A DNA stretch of 64,000 nt, taken from Macrostomum lignano. Lineage: Eukaryota. Location of the stretch: assembly GCA_002269645.1 (NCBI GenBank), contig NIVC01000114.1, positions 372,001-436,000 on the forward strand, given 5' to 3'. The notes beneath the pieces are model-generated. The model did not search any database, was not told the DNA's origin, and was given only the letters and a program-made list of their open reading frames with translations. Positions 24,171 to 41,671 of this stretch are shown here, piece by piece (position 1 is the stretch's first letter; each line of letters starts with the position of its first letter). A program made the position numbers and the translations under genes.

Positions 24171-24581
24171 TCAACCGGAAGCTTTCACCTTCTCCTTGAT
24201 GGTGACTTCGTCCACCTCTGACAGGTCGCTGGCCTGGATTTCAACAACGCCTTTCAGGTCGCGTTTCAGAGCATCCTTGGATGAGGCGTACAGCATCTTG
24301 TCGCGAATCTTGGCGCTGTCGGGCGCCCAGTGAATGAAGAGAAGCTTCTCCCGTTTCGACCCGTCGTCAAGGCAGTATTTGTAGTCGAAGACAGCGTAGC
24401 GACACTCGTTGGCTGGCAGGCTGGAGGTGAATTCGTCGTAGGTGCAGCTGACGCAGGTGCGCTCAGTTTTAATCATGGACTCCGAATCAATCTTGAACAC
24501 CATGTAGGCGTACTTGTGGCCCAGTTTGATGTCGTTAAAATCATCCTTCACGCTGGGATCGACGGCTACACCGGAGGCCAT
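24171..24581 (-). CDS. cofilin: Cofilin / actin-depolymerising factor (136 aa, single coding exon)
   Basis: MASGVAV start (regulatory Ser3), ECRYAVFDY, KLLFIHWAPDSAKIRDKMLYASSKDALKR, EIQASD: canonical ADF-H motifs. Confidence 0.97.
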   Translation of the reverse strand: MASGVAVDPSVKDDFNDIKLGHKYAYMVFKIDSESMIKTERTCVSCTYDEFTSSLPANECRYAVFDYKYCLDDGSKREKLLFIHWAPDSAKIRDKMLYASSKDALKRDLKGVVEIQASDLSEVDEVTIKEKVKASG

Positions 24582-25139
24582 TGCGCATGAATTGGCGAAA
24601 ATTTAATTTTTTATTCATACCAGACTGGGATTGTAAAGTGTACTTTCGATACATATCGGTAAAACCGTGTTTAACTTTAAACTTCTAAACTTTTAGATTG
24701 TTGACTGTATAAATTATGAAAACATGATACACTAAACAATTATCGCATTAGAGTTAACTTTTTATGAGTACTAAGGATTTAAATCTATAATCGAAAAAAA
24801 ACTATAAATTGAAGCCTACTTTAAGTAGGTGAGGCGAACACTGCAACCGAAACATTCAAAAGAAAAAAGACAAAAAAGCGCACCGATTCCAAATCGATCC
24901 AATAAAAATGCATTTGCTATTGTTTAATAAAATCGCCATTTTTTTTTCACTGTACTTTCGTGCCGCTGCGTTGAAGGCAGGAACTCAGACTCATAATTCA
25001 TAATTTGATGCTGAGAACCAATGAACCACAACAGATAGTTTGCGCAACAACAAATGAAACAAAATGCATTAGTAACAAAGGAACAGATGATAAAAGTTTG
25101 AAGAATGCAATTTTAGCACGAAAAAGACCATCTTTTTTA

Positions 25140-25396
25140 AGCTATCGATACTTACCGGTCTACTTTAGTTATTTTGAAACTTTCGATACATATCGGCGTT
25201 TTTTATTATTTAAAGCTTCTCTTTGATATTTTCTATATATATCGGCCTTTTTTTAGTTATTTACTGCTTTATTTTAAAATTTTCGATACATATCGGCCTT
25301 TTTTAGTTATTTACTGCTTTATTTTAAAATGTTCGATACATATCGGCCTCTTTAGTTATTTATGCTTTATTTTGATATTTTCGATACATATCGGCT
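25140..25396. repeat. About 50-bp AT-rich tandem repeat (5 units) with palindromic core TTCGATACATATCGG
   Basis: Cores at about 25182, 25232 (degenerate), 25282, 25332 and 25380, immediately 3' of the PWP2 stop codon. Confidence 0.8.
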
Positions 25397-25425
25397 GAAA
25401 AAAACTTAGGTTAAATGGTGCCCTA

Positions 25426-28400
25426 TCACTCCATGGTCTCCATTGGCTCCAAGTCAGCAGATTGAGCTGGCAGTTCTCCATCATCAGTGCCCTGCAGAGC
25501 ATCGCCAGCTTTACTACTCTTGGTATCGCCAAGCCCGCCAGCTAGATGGCACAGATAGTCCAGCGTGTGCATATTTCCCGAGCAGATTCGTTCCAACTGA
25601 CTGCGCCTATCGCCAACTGCCCGCTGTAGCCGAGTCAGACCGGGACACGGATCCCTGCGCTGTCTGGCCGTGTTAGACTGGCCCAAACAGCACACCCTAG
25701 CAACCGCTCTGGCCCAGGCCATGCAGTGCTCCAACCGGTTGCTATCCGCCAGCCAATCGGCTACGTGAGGCGCCAGCACGTCTCTACAGGTGTCCAACGG
25801 CAGCTGGGAACAAAGAAGGTCAACCAGATTGCGATTCTCCCCGCTAGTAGGCGTAGCCTCAAGGCACTGCCTGACCAAACCCGGCTGGTTGATACGCAAA
25901 GCGACGTCCAATGCGTCGCCAAATCGACCAGCTTGAATCGACTCCACGACAGTTTGCGGCGTATCGCGAAGAGTCAGTCGTCGGCAGCTGGCTACCAGAG
26001 ACTCCGACGGCAGCAGGTGACGCGATCCAGGTGAGCAGTACAGCAGTACACCTTCAGTACAGGCTGCCAGGAACATGTCCCCAGCTGGACTAAACGACAC
26101 TCCAGTCACCGACACTCTGGCATCCGACGAGTCGACAGCGTCATCCTCAAAGTTGACCTCAGTACCGCCGGCATTTGACCCAGCCCGGACACCCAGATCT
26201 CGAACCAGTTTAGCTGCTCGCTTCTCCAACGCTACGGCTTTCAAGCTGCGATTAGCTGTGACAGGGAATTTGCGCAACAACAGCTGATCGCTAGGCGAGT
26301 ACAGACAGATGTGCTTGGAGAGGCCACCAGCTAGCAGTAGTTGGCCTGTGGGACTGTACGACAGCGAGTTGAAACCGCCGCCAGCTTCGGCCAGCCGTCG
26401 GCCGCTGATCAGGGCACCGTCGGGTTTGTCGTAGCCGAGGTCTTGACGACAGTCGATGGTGCGAGTGGATTGGAACTCGGGGGCGTCGGTGCCGCTGCCA
26501 GATGGCACCGCGTCCATCACCAGAATGGTGCCGTTGTTGATGGCAACGGATAGTTGCTGACCGTCCGGTCGCCATGCAAGTGAGAGAACGTCGTGACCGC
26601 ACTGGATGACCTCGGGCTGCTGGTCAGAGCCGAGAACGTCCCAGAGACGGACTGTGCTGTCCCAGGAACCGCTGGCCAGGATTGTGGAGCCGGGACCCGG
26701 CCTGGTTGGTGACAGGAGGGTGGGTGGGGCTACAGGTGATTCTATTAGGGTGATAGGGCGATTCTACAGGTAAACAGGGACAATTCTACAGGTGAATAGG
26801 GCGATTCTACAGGTAAATAGGGAGATTCTACAGGTGAATAGGGCGATTCTACAGGTAAATAGGGAGATTCTACAGGTAAATAGGGACGACGACAGGTAAT
26901 TAAATAGGGGCAATTCTACAGGGTAATTAAATAGGGGCAATTCTACAGGGTAATTAAATAGGGGCAATTCTACAGGGTAATTAAATAGGGCAATTCTACA
27001 GGGTAATTAAATAGGGGCAATTCTACAGGGTAATTAAATAGGGCAATTCTACAGGGTAATTAAATAGGGGCAATTCTACAGGGTAATTAAATAGGGCAAT
27101 TCTACAGGGTAATTAAATAGGGACAATTCTACAGGGTAATTAAATAGGGCAATTCTACAGGGTAATTAAATAGGGGCAATTCTACAGGGTAATTAAATAG
27201 GGTAATTCTACAGGGTAATTAAATTGGGTAATTGTACAAGGTAATTAAATAGGGGTGATTCTACAGGGTAATTAAATAGGGGAAATTTTACAGGGTAATT
27301 AAATAGGACAAGTAATTCTACAGAGTATTTTAATAGGTCTGACTCTATAACAGCAGATTAAGAAACTTCAACTCACCTGAAGGCTACGCAAGACACAGGC
27401 GCTGTATGGCCAGTGAGGGTCACCAGCAGCCTCCCAGTCTTCAGCGACCAAATCAACAGATGGAACTCATCTAGACAGCCAGCAGCAATCAGATCCCCAG
27501 AGGGATCCGCATCCAAGCAGCTCAACTGTAGCGGAGTAGGCGATACCAGCGTACGAAAATTTCTATACCGACCGAGGTCCCAGGCTCGAATCGAGCCATC
27601 AGCTGAACTGGCAATCACAACTCGTTTGCCGCAGAACCTCACCCCGGTGATGCAGCTGGTGTGCTCAGTCAGGGTGGCGAATGACAGGCTAGACTGGGAG
27701 CTCCACAACCGGACTCGGCCGTCGCTGTAGCCGCACACCAGCTGGCCGCCATCCGGCGAGAAGGCGGCACAGCGGAGGCAGTTGAAACTGCCAGCCTGCC
27801 GCATCACGTAGGCTGAGGCGCGCCAGTCCCACACCAGCAGCTGACCGTGGGCGGCGCCTGCGGCTGCGATCCACAGACCGTCTGGCGAGATGGACACCGA
27901 GTCCACCTGCGAGTCGCATACCTGTTTAAAAGGAGGCGTCGGTTTTGATGCCCTGTAAGTAAAGACGTGCGATAATCTTTTGATCTCGCCGCTTCTCTTA
28001 TCTGTCCCTTTGATCTCACCGCTTTTTTATATGTCCCTTTGATTACGCCGCTTCTCTATCTGTCCCTTTGATCTCGTCGCTTCTCTATCTGTCCCTTTGA
28101 TCTCGCCGCTTCTCTATTCTATACCTTTGATCTCACCGCTTCTCTATCTGTCCTTTTGATCTCACAGCTTCTTTATTTGTCTTTTGATCTCGCCGCTTCT
28201 ACATCTGTCCTTTTGATCTGGCCGCTTCTCTATTCTATCTCTTTGATCTCGTCGCTTCTCTATCTGTCCCTTTGATCTCGCCGCTTTTCTATTATATTCA
28301 TTTGATCTCACCGCTTCTCTATCTGTCCCTTTGATGTCGCCGCTTCTCTATCAATTCTTTTAATCTCGCCGCTTTTCTATCAATTCTTTTGATCCCGCCG

Positions 28401-30496
28401 CTTACCTATTTTGTTTGTTTGATCTCGTCACTTCTCTATCTATTTTTTTGATCTCATCTCACCGTTTCTCCATCCATCCCTTTGATCTCGCCGCTTTTCT
28501 ATTTGTCCTTTCGATATTGTCGCTTTTGCTATCTTTCCCTTCCATCTTTTTAATCCGTCCTTAATAAAATTCTTACCTGCAGCGACAGCAGCAGGGCACA
28601 GTTGTCAACAGCATAGAGCATCACCCGGCCATCCTCAGTACCGCACACCAACTGCTTGGAGCCGGGACAAAAAGCCAAACAATCAATAACAGCGCTAACC
28701 CGTTTGCTATCCTCAGCATCCTCTCTTAGCCGCATCTTTTTCGGCTTCAAATATCGCAGCTTATTAATAAAAATCTTCTCTAATTCCGGTTTATTCTCTT
28801 CGTTTTTTGTTTCTTTCAAATCGCAATCTTCACTGTCAGATGGTGAGTCATCGTTGTCATCACCAGTGCCGTCAGTGAGCTGAGGCTGCTGCTGCTGTTT
28901 AATCAACAAGTCAGACAGCTCCGTGTCGCACTGCCACAGCATCACGAAACCGGCGCTTGACACGGCAAACAGGTTCAACGAATCTGGCAGGAATGCCACG
29001 CCGACAATGTCCTCAGTGAAACCGCCGAGACTGTAGCAGCCTGGCAGGCGGGCGGTCTTGTGCAGAGAGAACACCCGAACCTGAAATGCATGGCGTTTGG
29101 GGACCTCTGCTCATGAAGAGGGTCTTAGAGGAATCTAAGGTGAGATTTTTAAAGTCTAATGGGAATCTAAGGTGAGATTCTTCTGGGAGTCTGATGGGAA
29201 TCTAAGGTGAGATTTTTAGAGTCTAATGGGAATCTAAGGTGAGATTCTTACAGTCTGATGGGAATCTAGATGAGATTCTTACAGTCTGATGGGAATCTAA
29301 GGTGAGATTCTTACAGTCTGATGGGAATCTAGATGAGATTCTTACAGTCTGATGGGAAGCTAAGGTGAGATTCTTACAGTCTGAAGGGGAATCTAAGGCG
29401 AGATTCTCACAGCCTGATGGGAATCTAAGGTGAGATTCTCACAGTCTGATGGAAATCTAAGGTGAGATTCTTACATTATGAGGAAATCTAAATTATGGCA
29501 GACACTGAGGGTATCCAATAGGACATTCTAAAGATATCTAATGGGAAATCCTGAGGGTATCTAATGGGAGACACTGAAGGTATCTAATGGGAGACACTGA
29601 AGGTATCTAATGGGAGACACTGAGGGTATCTAATGGGAGACACTGAGGGTATCTAATGGGACACTATGAGGGTACCTAATGTGAGACACTGAGGGTATCT
29701 GATGGGAGACACTGAGGGTATCTAATGGAAGACACTGAGGGTATCTAATGGGAGACACTGAGGGTATCTAATGGGAGACACTGAAGGTATCTAATGGGAG
29801 ACACTGAAGGTATCTAATGGGAGACACTGAGGGTATCTAATGGGAGACACGGAGGGTATCTAATGGGAGACACTAAATGTATCTAATGGGATACTCTGAG
29901 GGTATCTAAAGGCAGACACTATGGGTATCTAATGGCAGACACTATGGGTATCTAATGGGACACCCTGAGGGTATCTAATGACAGATCCAACTCCAACGAA
30001 CCTGCAGGTCCCTGCAAGCGCACACAAACGCTTTAGAATCGGAGCTCCACGCTATGCTCGTGACCTCATCTCGGTTGCCATAGTAACTGCGATACAACTT
30101 GAACTGATTGAAGTACCGCTCCAGCCCAGGTCCATGGTACACGTGCACCCGGTTGTCTCGAGCCATAGCAAAATAGTCACCATCTGGTGAGTAAGCCAAC
30201 GCGCTGACTCTTGATGGCAATTTCTGACGAGCAATAGCTGCTCCGGTTGCCATGGCAACTAAGTGAGCTTCGCCTTTGCAATCGACAGCTAATAACAGAG
30301 CATTGTCAGGTGACAGAGCAATGTGCTCAATATCGTACGAGGCCTCCAGCTGCAGTGTGTGAGACCGGTCATGCCTCAGATCGAATACTGTCACCCGGTT
30401 ACCCACAGGGCTGATGAGTTGAAAGCCGTCTTCTGTGAAGCAGACATTGCCTCTGCGGTAGACTGTGCCCAGTAGGTTGGAGAAGCGGAAGTCCAT
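25426..30496 (-). CDS. PWP2: PWP2/UTP1 WD40 small-subunit processome protein (about 939 aa, 4 exons)
   Basis: Exons 30496-30002 (MDFRFSNLLGTVYRRGN), 29080-28577, 27921-27377 (GQLLVWDW...FSPDGGQLVCGYSDGRVRLW...RAWDLGRYRNFRT) and 26701-25426 (LASGSWDSTVRLWD...FNSLSYSPTGQLLLAGGLSKHICLY). All junctions are GT-AG and in phase. Confidence 0.96.
26735..27310. repeat. 21-bp then 27/28-bp minisatellites in PWP2 intron 3
   Basis: GATTCTACAGGTAAATAGGGA, then GGGCAATTCTACAGGGTAATTAAATAG(G). Confidence 0.92.
27975..28530. repeat. 29-bp minisatellite in PWP2 intron 2
   Basis: Unit TTTGATCTCGCCGCTTCTCTATCTGTCCC. Confidence 0.9.
29130..29980. repeat. Two adjacent minisatellites (32-bp and 23-bp) in PWP2 intron 1
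   Basis: GGTGAGATTCTTACAGTCTGATGGGAATCTAA (29130-29480) and GAGGGTATCTAATGGGAGACACT (29500-29980). Confidence 0.92.
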
Positions 30497-30699
30497 GCAC
30501 GGTCAGGCATGAAGTGAAAATCATTTTTTGATTGGTCTTTGTTAATTAATGAGGCTAATTTTATGATAATCTAAGAAAAAAGTAAGATTATTTTAGGGGC
30601 AAAATATGAATTAGGAATATTATGATAATTAGGGGATTAAACTATTGGGAAGATTGTTATTGGGATTATTATTATTATTATTGTTATTCTTGGGATTAT

Positions 30700-31390
30700 T
30701 GGATTGTTAACTTTGGGAATAATAATCTGGGAAGAATATGATAATTATATAGATTGAATTATTAATTACGAAGAAAATGATAATCAGATTATGAATTATG
30801 ATTTGTGAGGAATATGATAACTGGATGGATAAAACTATAAATTGGGAAGAATATGATAATTAGATAAATTGAAAGATGAATTGGGATGAGTATGATAATT
30901 AGATGGATTATGAATTGGGAAGAATATGATAATTAGATGGATTATGAATTGAGAAGAATATGATAATTAGATAAATTAAAAGATGAATTGGGATGAGTAT
31001 GATAATTAGATGGATTATGAATTGGGAAGAATATGATAATTAGATAAATTGAAGGATGAATTGGGAAGAGTATGATAATTAGATGGATTATGAATCGGGG
31101 AGAATATGATAATTAGGTGGATTATGAATTGGGGAGAATATGATAATTAGGTGGATTATGAATTGGGAAGAGTATGATAATTAGATGGATTATGAATCGG
31201 GGAGAATATGATAATTAGGTGGATTATGAATTGGGGAGAATATGATAATTAGGTGGATTATGAATTGGGAAGAATATTATAATTAGGTGGATTATAAATT
31301 ATGAATAGGGAAGAATAAGATAATTAGATTGATTGAATTATGAATTGGGAAGAATACGATAATTAGACAAATTAAATTATGAACTTGAAA
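30700..31390. repeat. About 34-bp AT-rich minisatellite between PWP2 and PHAX
   Basis: Unit TATGATAATTAGATGGATTATGAATTGGGAAGAA. Confidence 0.88.
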
Positions 31391-31844
31391 GAACGATAAT
31401 TCCAGGGATTACTTTATGAAATAGAAATAGCATCATAAAAAGTTGATAAAATGAGATAAAAATATCGGCTTACTAGAAGAAAAAGGAAGTAAATCAAACA
31501 AAAATTTATTTTCCTACAAACTGACTGATTCGTAAAACAACTGAGGAGATGCACTTTTATTTAAATCGTAATTTAATTACACAAATATTACACACTATTA
31601 CATGAAACCAAGCAGATTGTTAACAATTGTCTGAATAAAAATGCATCAAGAAAGCTAACTTAACTACTTCAAGTAGACAGCGACATAGTAGTCAGTTACG
31701 AGCATGGATAATTAAGTAACAAAAATTATTGTATACATCTATATGATTCATGAGTTAATTTTAAATTTGCAATTTCCAAATAGACTTTAGATACTACTTA
31801 TTACAAGCGTACAGAGCTATTAGGTAGTATGAAGCGAAACATGA

Positions 31845-31899
<55 letters not shown>

Positions 31900-31935
31900 T
31901 AGACAGACAGACAGACAGATAGACAGACAGACAGA
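31845..31935. repeat. (GACA)n microsatellite just 3' of the PHAX stop
   Basis: Direct reading. Confidence 0.93.
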
Positions 31936-31979
31936 AAGAAAACAAATCATGAAAGAAAGATAAGAGAAATGCACTGATG

Positions 31980-34881
<2,902 letters not shown>

Positions 34882-36789
34882 TGAAATTTGTTTGTTTTTT
34901 ATTTTGTGCCAAAAAATAACATCAATTAGAATTATAGAATTAAGATATTTATTATTAACATACTAATGATTGTGGCTATATTATTTGCAACTAACTGTAT
35001 GTTAAAATGGGTACTTATTAATGCCTATAAGTACTATTATTAACAACAAATATAAATGTGTGACTATAGAATATATAGTCTTGTTTAAATTTTTTATGTT
35101 TTGCTATAATTTATGGCCATGGAAATTAAAATATGTGCTGATTTATAAAAATTAGTCATGTAAGTTTTTGGTTAAGGATAAAAAACAAAGTTTAATTTGT
35201 AGTGTCTGTCTATCGGTTAGCTCGTACTCGCACTCCTCAGTCCCACCAAGCACCGGTCTTTGTCTAGCCATTACAGTCATCACTGTATGGCCAATGCACG
35301 CCCAAGTCCTATGCACAAGTCTGTCTGTCTGCACCCTGCACCCCCAACAAGCATAGGCCTGCCGGTTGTCTTCCGCCAAGCTGGGAAGCAGAGAAATAAA
35401 TAAAGAAGCCCGAGGCCTGGCGCCTCTGTAAGAAGCTATGAACCAAGATCGAGCTGGCCTGCGAGGCTCACACACACTCGTGCACAATCTTATTCTTATT
35501 CATTTGGAGCTAGACTCCACATAATTGATAACCTACAAGCATAACCAAAGAAATAACACTGGATATGACTTGTGTTTTGACTAAAATTGTGGCTAGTTTC
35601 TCCTTTTAAGAACTTACTTTGTTTGAATTTTTACATTTAGCTTTTTGTTTGTTAGCTTTTCTATTTTGGATTCCTTGCGCTATTCTTTTCTTTTCCCCTC
35701 TTTTTTGTCATTAACTTCATAATTTATAATTGAAATGGTTGTGTTAGCTAGAAGTTATGCATGTGTGATTAATAAAGACAAAGTAGTTTAAATTATAGAC
35801 AAAACATAAAAAAACAATGCAAATGCTAGGACAAGGCATTTTAGTCTCAAACATTTATTTATTTAATGAAAAATGAAAGATCTTCAAATTCTTGAGGTTT
35901 TGATCACATTGAAGTGATAGTTCATTGGTTGGTTTGTGAGCAAAGTAATTGCACACATGGGATTTGTTTGTTTAACTTTATTTAATTAAACTTTATTTAG
36001 TCAACCTAATCACTAAACTTCATTTAATTTGCATCTTGCCTTTGGGATCAGCATGTTCTATATGCTTAGTAAACAAATGCATACTCTGTACAATTCAGTG
36101 TGGCAAATCATTTTGCTAGCCTTGCCTTATCCCTTAAGTCTCTCCACTTACTCAGCCATGTACTGATGTAGTCCATTGGCATTAGTGAAATTTAATATAT
36201 TTTAAAGCTATTGCTCTCAATTTATCTTATAAGTTATATTAATAAAACAACTTAGACTATTCTACAAATATATTTACTAGAATTCATACTTATTTAAACA
36301 AAATTCAGTTCATGACTTTAATGTCATATCATATATTTTATTGAATATTTTTATTTCTAATCGTTTAATTATTGATTATTAGATAGAATCATTTTTAAGT
36401 GGGGAAAAGATTAAAACTATTATTAGGACCTAGGACTTTTTAGGAAAAAAATAAGATTAGGATCAAAATCCTATTAACTAGTTCCATATTGCATATTTCT
36501 ATTTATTAAATGAAAAACCAGATGGTTAGCACTGCTATGTAAAATTATAGTGCTGCTTTAACATTGTCAAAACCCATTACTCGAGAGTGTGTTTAGAACA
36601 CTGTCCCCTGCTTTGGGGTTTTAGCCATAGAACCTATCATTGTGAACTGCTTCTGCCATTCTTTACTCAAATTATATCACTATCCATAATAAGATTTTTC
36701 TCCTTTGCATTCAAATCTAGATTGTTTATCTCTTTATTTTAAGAAGAATTGTCATATAATTTGCTATTTTGATAGATAAAAATAATAAG

Positions 36790-37830
<1,041 letters not shown>

Positions 37831-37950
37831 GAGGAAACTTGTCCTTGTTCATTTTACTCCTATAAACTACCTATTATTGTCTTGCCTCATAATGCATAAA
37901 AGTTAGATAGTATTATATAATAGCAATAGAAGTAAAGCTACATTTACTAC

Positions 37951-38243
37951 ATACATGCGCAACAGTCGGCCGAGTCGGCCGATCTGGCCGACTGATTTGG
38001 CAGCCAACCAAGGAAGTCGCAAAAATGCCCACCCAAAAATACCCACGCAGTAGTACTAAGTAGCTGACGAGGCATTTTTGCCTGATAAGACAGTTATAGT
38101 TACTCCCGCCGTTTACCCAAAGTTGCGTTAATTTTGCTTTAGGGTTTTTTACATGTAAGTCGCATTTTTGGCCAAAAACTACGTCGCATTTTTGTTAAAA
38201 CTAAGTCGCACGGCCGACCGAATTTTGGACGTTGCGCATGTAT
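37951..38243. mobile_element. MITE, about 290 bp, with 13-bp TIR ATACATGCGCAAC...GTTGCGCATGTAT (young copy)
   Basis: Perfect terminal inverted repeats; a second copy lies at 38974-39245. Confidence 0.82.
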
Positions 38244-38973
38244 GATTTACTAGATCTTTTGCAAAATTTAATAAACAAGAACTCAAAGCAATGCTAGATC
38301 TGGAAGCTAGAAATTCAAACCATTAAGACCATTTCAAAGTTTTACCTATTAATAACTTGAAAAAGTTTCAAAAAGTTGTAAACATAATATTATTTACTAG
38401 TTCACCACTATATTATTCAGTCTATAGAAGGTACTTTAGTATATTTTGGACTATTTTGCCACAATCAAGGTGTATATTATAGTAGAAAATTCCAGCACAT
38501 ATTATTTGACAATGATATCAACAAAAATATATGGGAAGTAGCACACATGGCACACAACAAAAGCCTAGTAGAAATTTTTAGAACATAGTGGTGCATAATA
38601 AAAGCTAATTAAAAAATTTAGCTCACAATGGCATGGGTTACCCAAAATGTATAATCTGCATAAATTACACATAAAATATGCTTTTATATTTTATTTAGGC
38701 TATTTATTTATTTAAGTCACAAGTGTATATATAAATTGTTTTTGGTAAGTGAAATAAATAATTAAATTCAAAATGGCACTTCATTAGGCCCTATAAACTT
38801 TTAGCTGATTTTTAGACATTTTTTATGTTAGCTAAAAAGGCATATAGGCCCTAGTTTAAAGTTAAAAAAGCCTAGACCTACAAAAAGTATAAAAATTGAT
38901 CTATTATTTTAACTTTTGATTTAATATAAATTTTATTGGATTTTTTAGTGCTATGCTACTATGCAATGTGTGC

Positions 38974-39245
38974 ATACATGTGCAACCTCCAAAATTCGGT
39001 CGGCTATGCAACTTAGTTTTAACAAAAATGCGACATAGTTTTTGGCCAAAAATGCGACTTACATATAAAAAAAACCCTAAAGCAAAACTAACACAACTTT
39101 GGGTAAATGGCAAGAGTAACTATGACTCTAATTAAGCCAAAATGCCTTGTCAGCTAGGGCCTACTTAGTACTACTACTTGGTCATTTTTTCAGGTGGGCA
39201 TTTTTGTGACTTCCTTGGTTGGCCGCCAAATCGTTGCACATATAT
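38974..39245. mobile_element. MITE, inverted and CpG-decayed copy of the 37951-38243 element
   Basis: Its reverse complement aligns along almost the full length of 37951-38243, with many CpG to TpG/CpA changes. Confidence 0.8.
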
Positions 39246-39433
39246 GAATGTGTGCATTAGTGCTTTAGCTATGCATATATTAATAAATATTAGCCAAGAA
39301 ATTGCATAGGGCAATATTACTTGGCTCTAGCATATCAGTCCAACCACTTTGCTGCTCGCTGCTCCTAAAGCCTACCCTAACCACATAGCCCAAACTGCCC
39401 TTGACCTAGCTCTGTCTTTATATTCTACCCCTG

Positions 39434-40027
39434 CAGGTAAAGGTCAAACTTGGGATTGAAATCTTTGGGTAGGATTGGGATCAAGAATAATTTTTTGGGA
39501 TTAAGATTTGGGAATTGGGATCAGGTCTTTTAGTGTATTGCAGTTTGTAGGTCTATATAAAGTTAAACAAAATTAAGCAAAAAATGTCAAAGATCAAAAG
39601 TAAAACATACATGCTTGAGTGCAACCTTGGGATTCACTTGGCCGTTTCAATTGGCAACACATACATGTAAGTCGCTATTGGACAGAATAGTAGTCACATG
39701 ACCACTCTCAGCCAATAGCAACTTACATGTGTGTGTTGCTAATAGAAATAGCTGGGTGATTCTCAAAGTTGCGCATGTATGAAAATATAGCAAAATCAAT
39801 TCAAGTTTTGTAACAAACAAAATAATAATATAATATCAATGAGTACAAGTTAAAACAAAATACATTAAAATAGGCCTAATCACTAATTCTATAAATTTTT
39901 AATCAAAAGACCTTTTCCCAATTCTCAGTTTTTTTAGGGTTGGGATTCTGGTCCCATGGGAATCTAATTTACCTTGGGATCCCAAGATTTTAGGATTGGG
40001 ATCGGGATCCTGTCTGACCTCTACCTG
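39434..40027. mobile_element. Old non-autonomous DNA element with imperfect TIRs CAGGTA(A/G)AGGTCA(A/G)AC, hosting a nested MITE
   Basis: 14/16 match between the two termini and internal GGGAT(C/T) repeats; no intact TSD seen. Confidence 0.45.
39607..39780. mobile_element. Palindromic MITE of about 170 bp (decayed copy)
   Basis: Self-complementary, ends GTTGCGCATGTAT; homologous in inverted orientation to 56041-56212. Confidence 0.78.
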
Positions 40028-41671
40028 TGGGCCCTGCCCTAGCCTAGGAAGAGGATTCTTATATTAAATTATAAAGACCCTGACTAGCAAACCCTGGGAA
40101 CAAGCGAACAATGCAATGTCACACTGACTTGGGATCCAAATAGCAAATATTATACTATCCATCTCAAAACTGTTTATCTTATTCCAACTCTATCTATATT
40201 GGTATTGCATTGCATTAGCAATATGCTATTATGCAGTGGGCAGAGGCAGAGCAGATCTAGGCCTATAAATTGAACTGAGGCATGAGCCTGTGACCTGAGA
40301 AGTGCACTGACTAAATGGCACAATTTGATGGAATCAAGAATGAAGGTCTAAAATGCTGAATTATCTAGACAGACTATGTAATCAGTATTAGAATTTTTCT
40401 GCAGCCAGTCGTTGCCGTTAACTGCCGAAAGCTGTACGCTGGAGAGTTATCACTATCAGACTACCAACTAAATAGAGAGCAGTAGTATTAGTAGTAGTAG
40501 TGAGTTTGGCTCAGGCAAGAAGCCTGTTTGGCCAATATATTTCAGTGTATTTAAGAATAATTCAAAAATAGAAGGCAATATTTATGCTAAGTAAAAACCA
40601 ACTAAGTTAAGTAGAGAAACGAACATTTTTAGAGCGTAGTGCAACTTGACGAAACAGAATTACTCATTTTCTATGAAACAAGAAACTAAAACAACATTTT
40701 TCAAAAGAATATTTTAGCATTTTTTCGTCTGATGAACGAATAAAGTTTTACTTAACAGTTTGTTTTGAATTTTTGCAAAACAGAATTTTTTACTATATTT
40801 ATTCTATCTGTTGTAATGACTCGCGCTGTGCATTTCGTATGCACTTCATTTGTACTTTTAAAGGTACATGAATCAATTATTGACAGCATATTTAAGTAGT
40901 GCATACATTCTGCTGTATACAATTATTAAAAAAACCGCAAACACGGACGGCTTATAAGTACATGCATGTAAGTCCAGAATCAGAATCGGTTCGGATCTTC
41001 CAAGAAAAACAGTAGTATAACTATTTAATTCTGTTGAATGTTTGACTGCCTTAACAACCTCACTTAGCACAATTTTTCACTTTCTTCTTAGCGATTGTAA
41101 TTCAATAATAAAAACTTTATAGCACGTATCTCCCTCAGTTATGGAGACAAAAAGTTATACTTCACAAATTGGTTCTGGTTCTGGAACCAGAACAAGCAAA
41201 TATGAAAAAGGCCTATAGTAGTCTGATATTCAACATGCTTGCAGGTCAATCATATAATACTAAATGCACATGTATGCCACATGTGTTGTACGTGTAACTT
41301 GACAAACCAACTTATGATAACTGTGGTTACGCTAATATTTCTACTATAACGTAAATGCTAACTATTATTATATCATTATTGTCTTTTACTTATACTGCCA
41401 CTTTAAGTAGAGTAGTTGATAAATTATCTGTATAATGTATTGTTAATCACTTGATATCTCTAGCTCTTTAATTCATCGATCGTGCAGTTTTTCTTGTGTA
41501 GTTAAAATATCGATCATGTAGTTTTTCTTAAATGACAAAAATATAAATAAAGCAACTACTGTACACGTCCGACGTCCGCACCTACCTACTAGCACTTTAC
41601 ATTTCAACTCAACTGGAAAACCTCAAGACTCGGCTACACAACAACATGCACATTGTGCAGTAAGTACGTGT

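Noticed and set aside
35150-35490. GC-richer patch upstream of PHAX as an snRNA or small gene
   Set aside because: No U1, U2, U4, U5, U6, SL or tRNA signature recognised and the ORFs are short with no motif. It may be a promoter or non-coding first exon but is unsupported.
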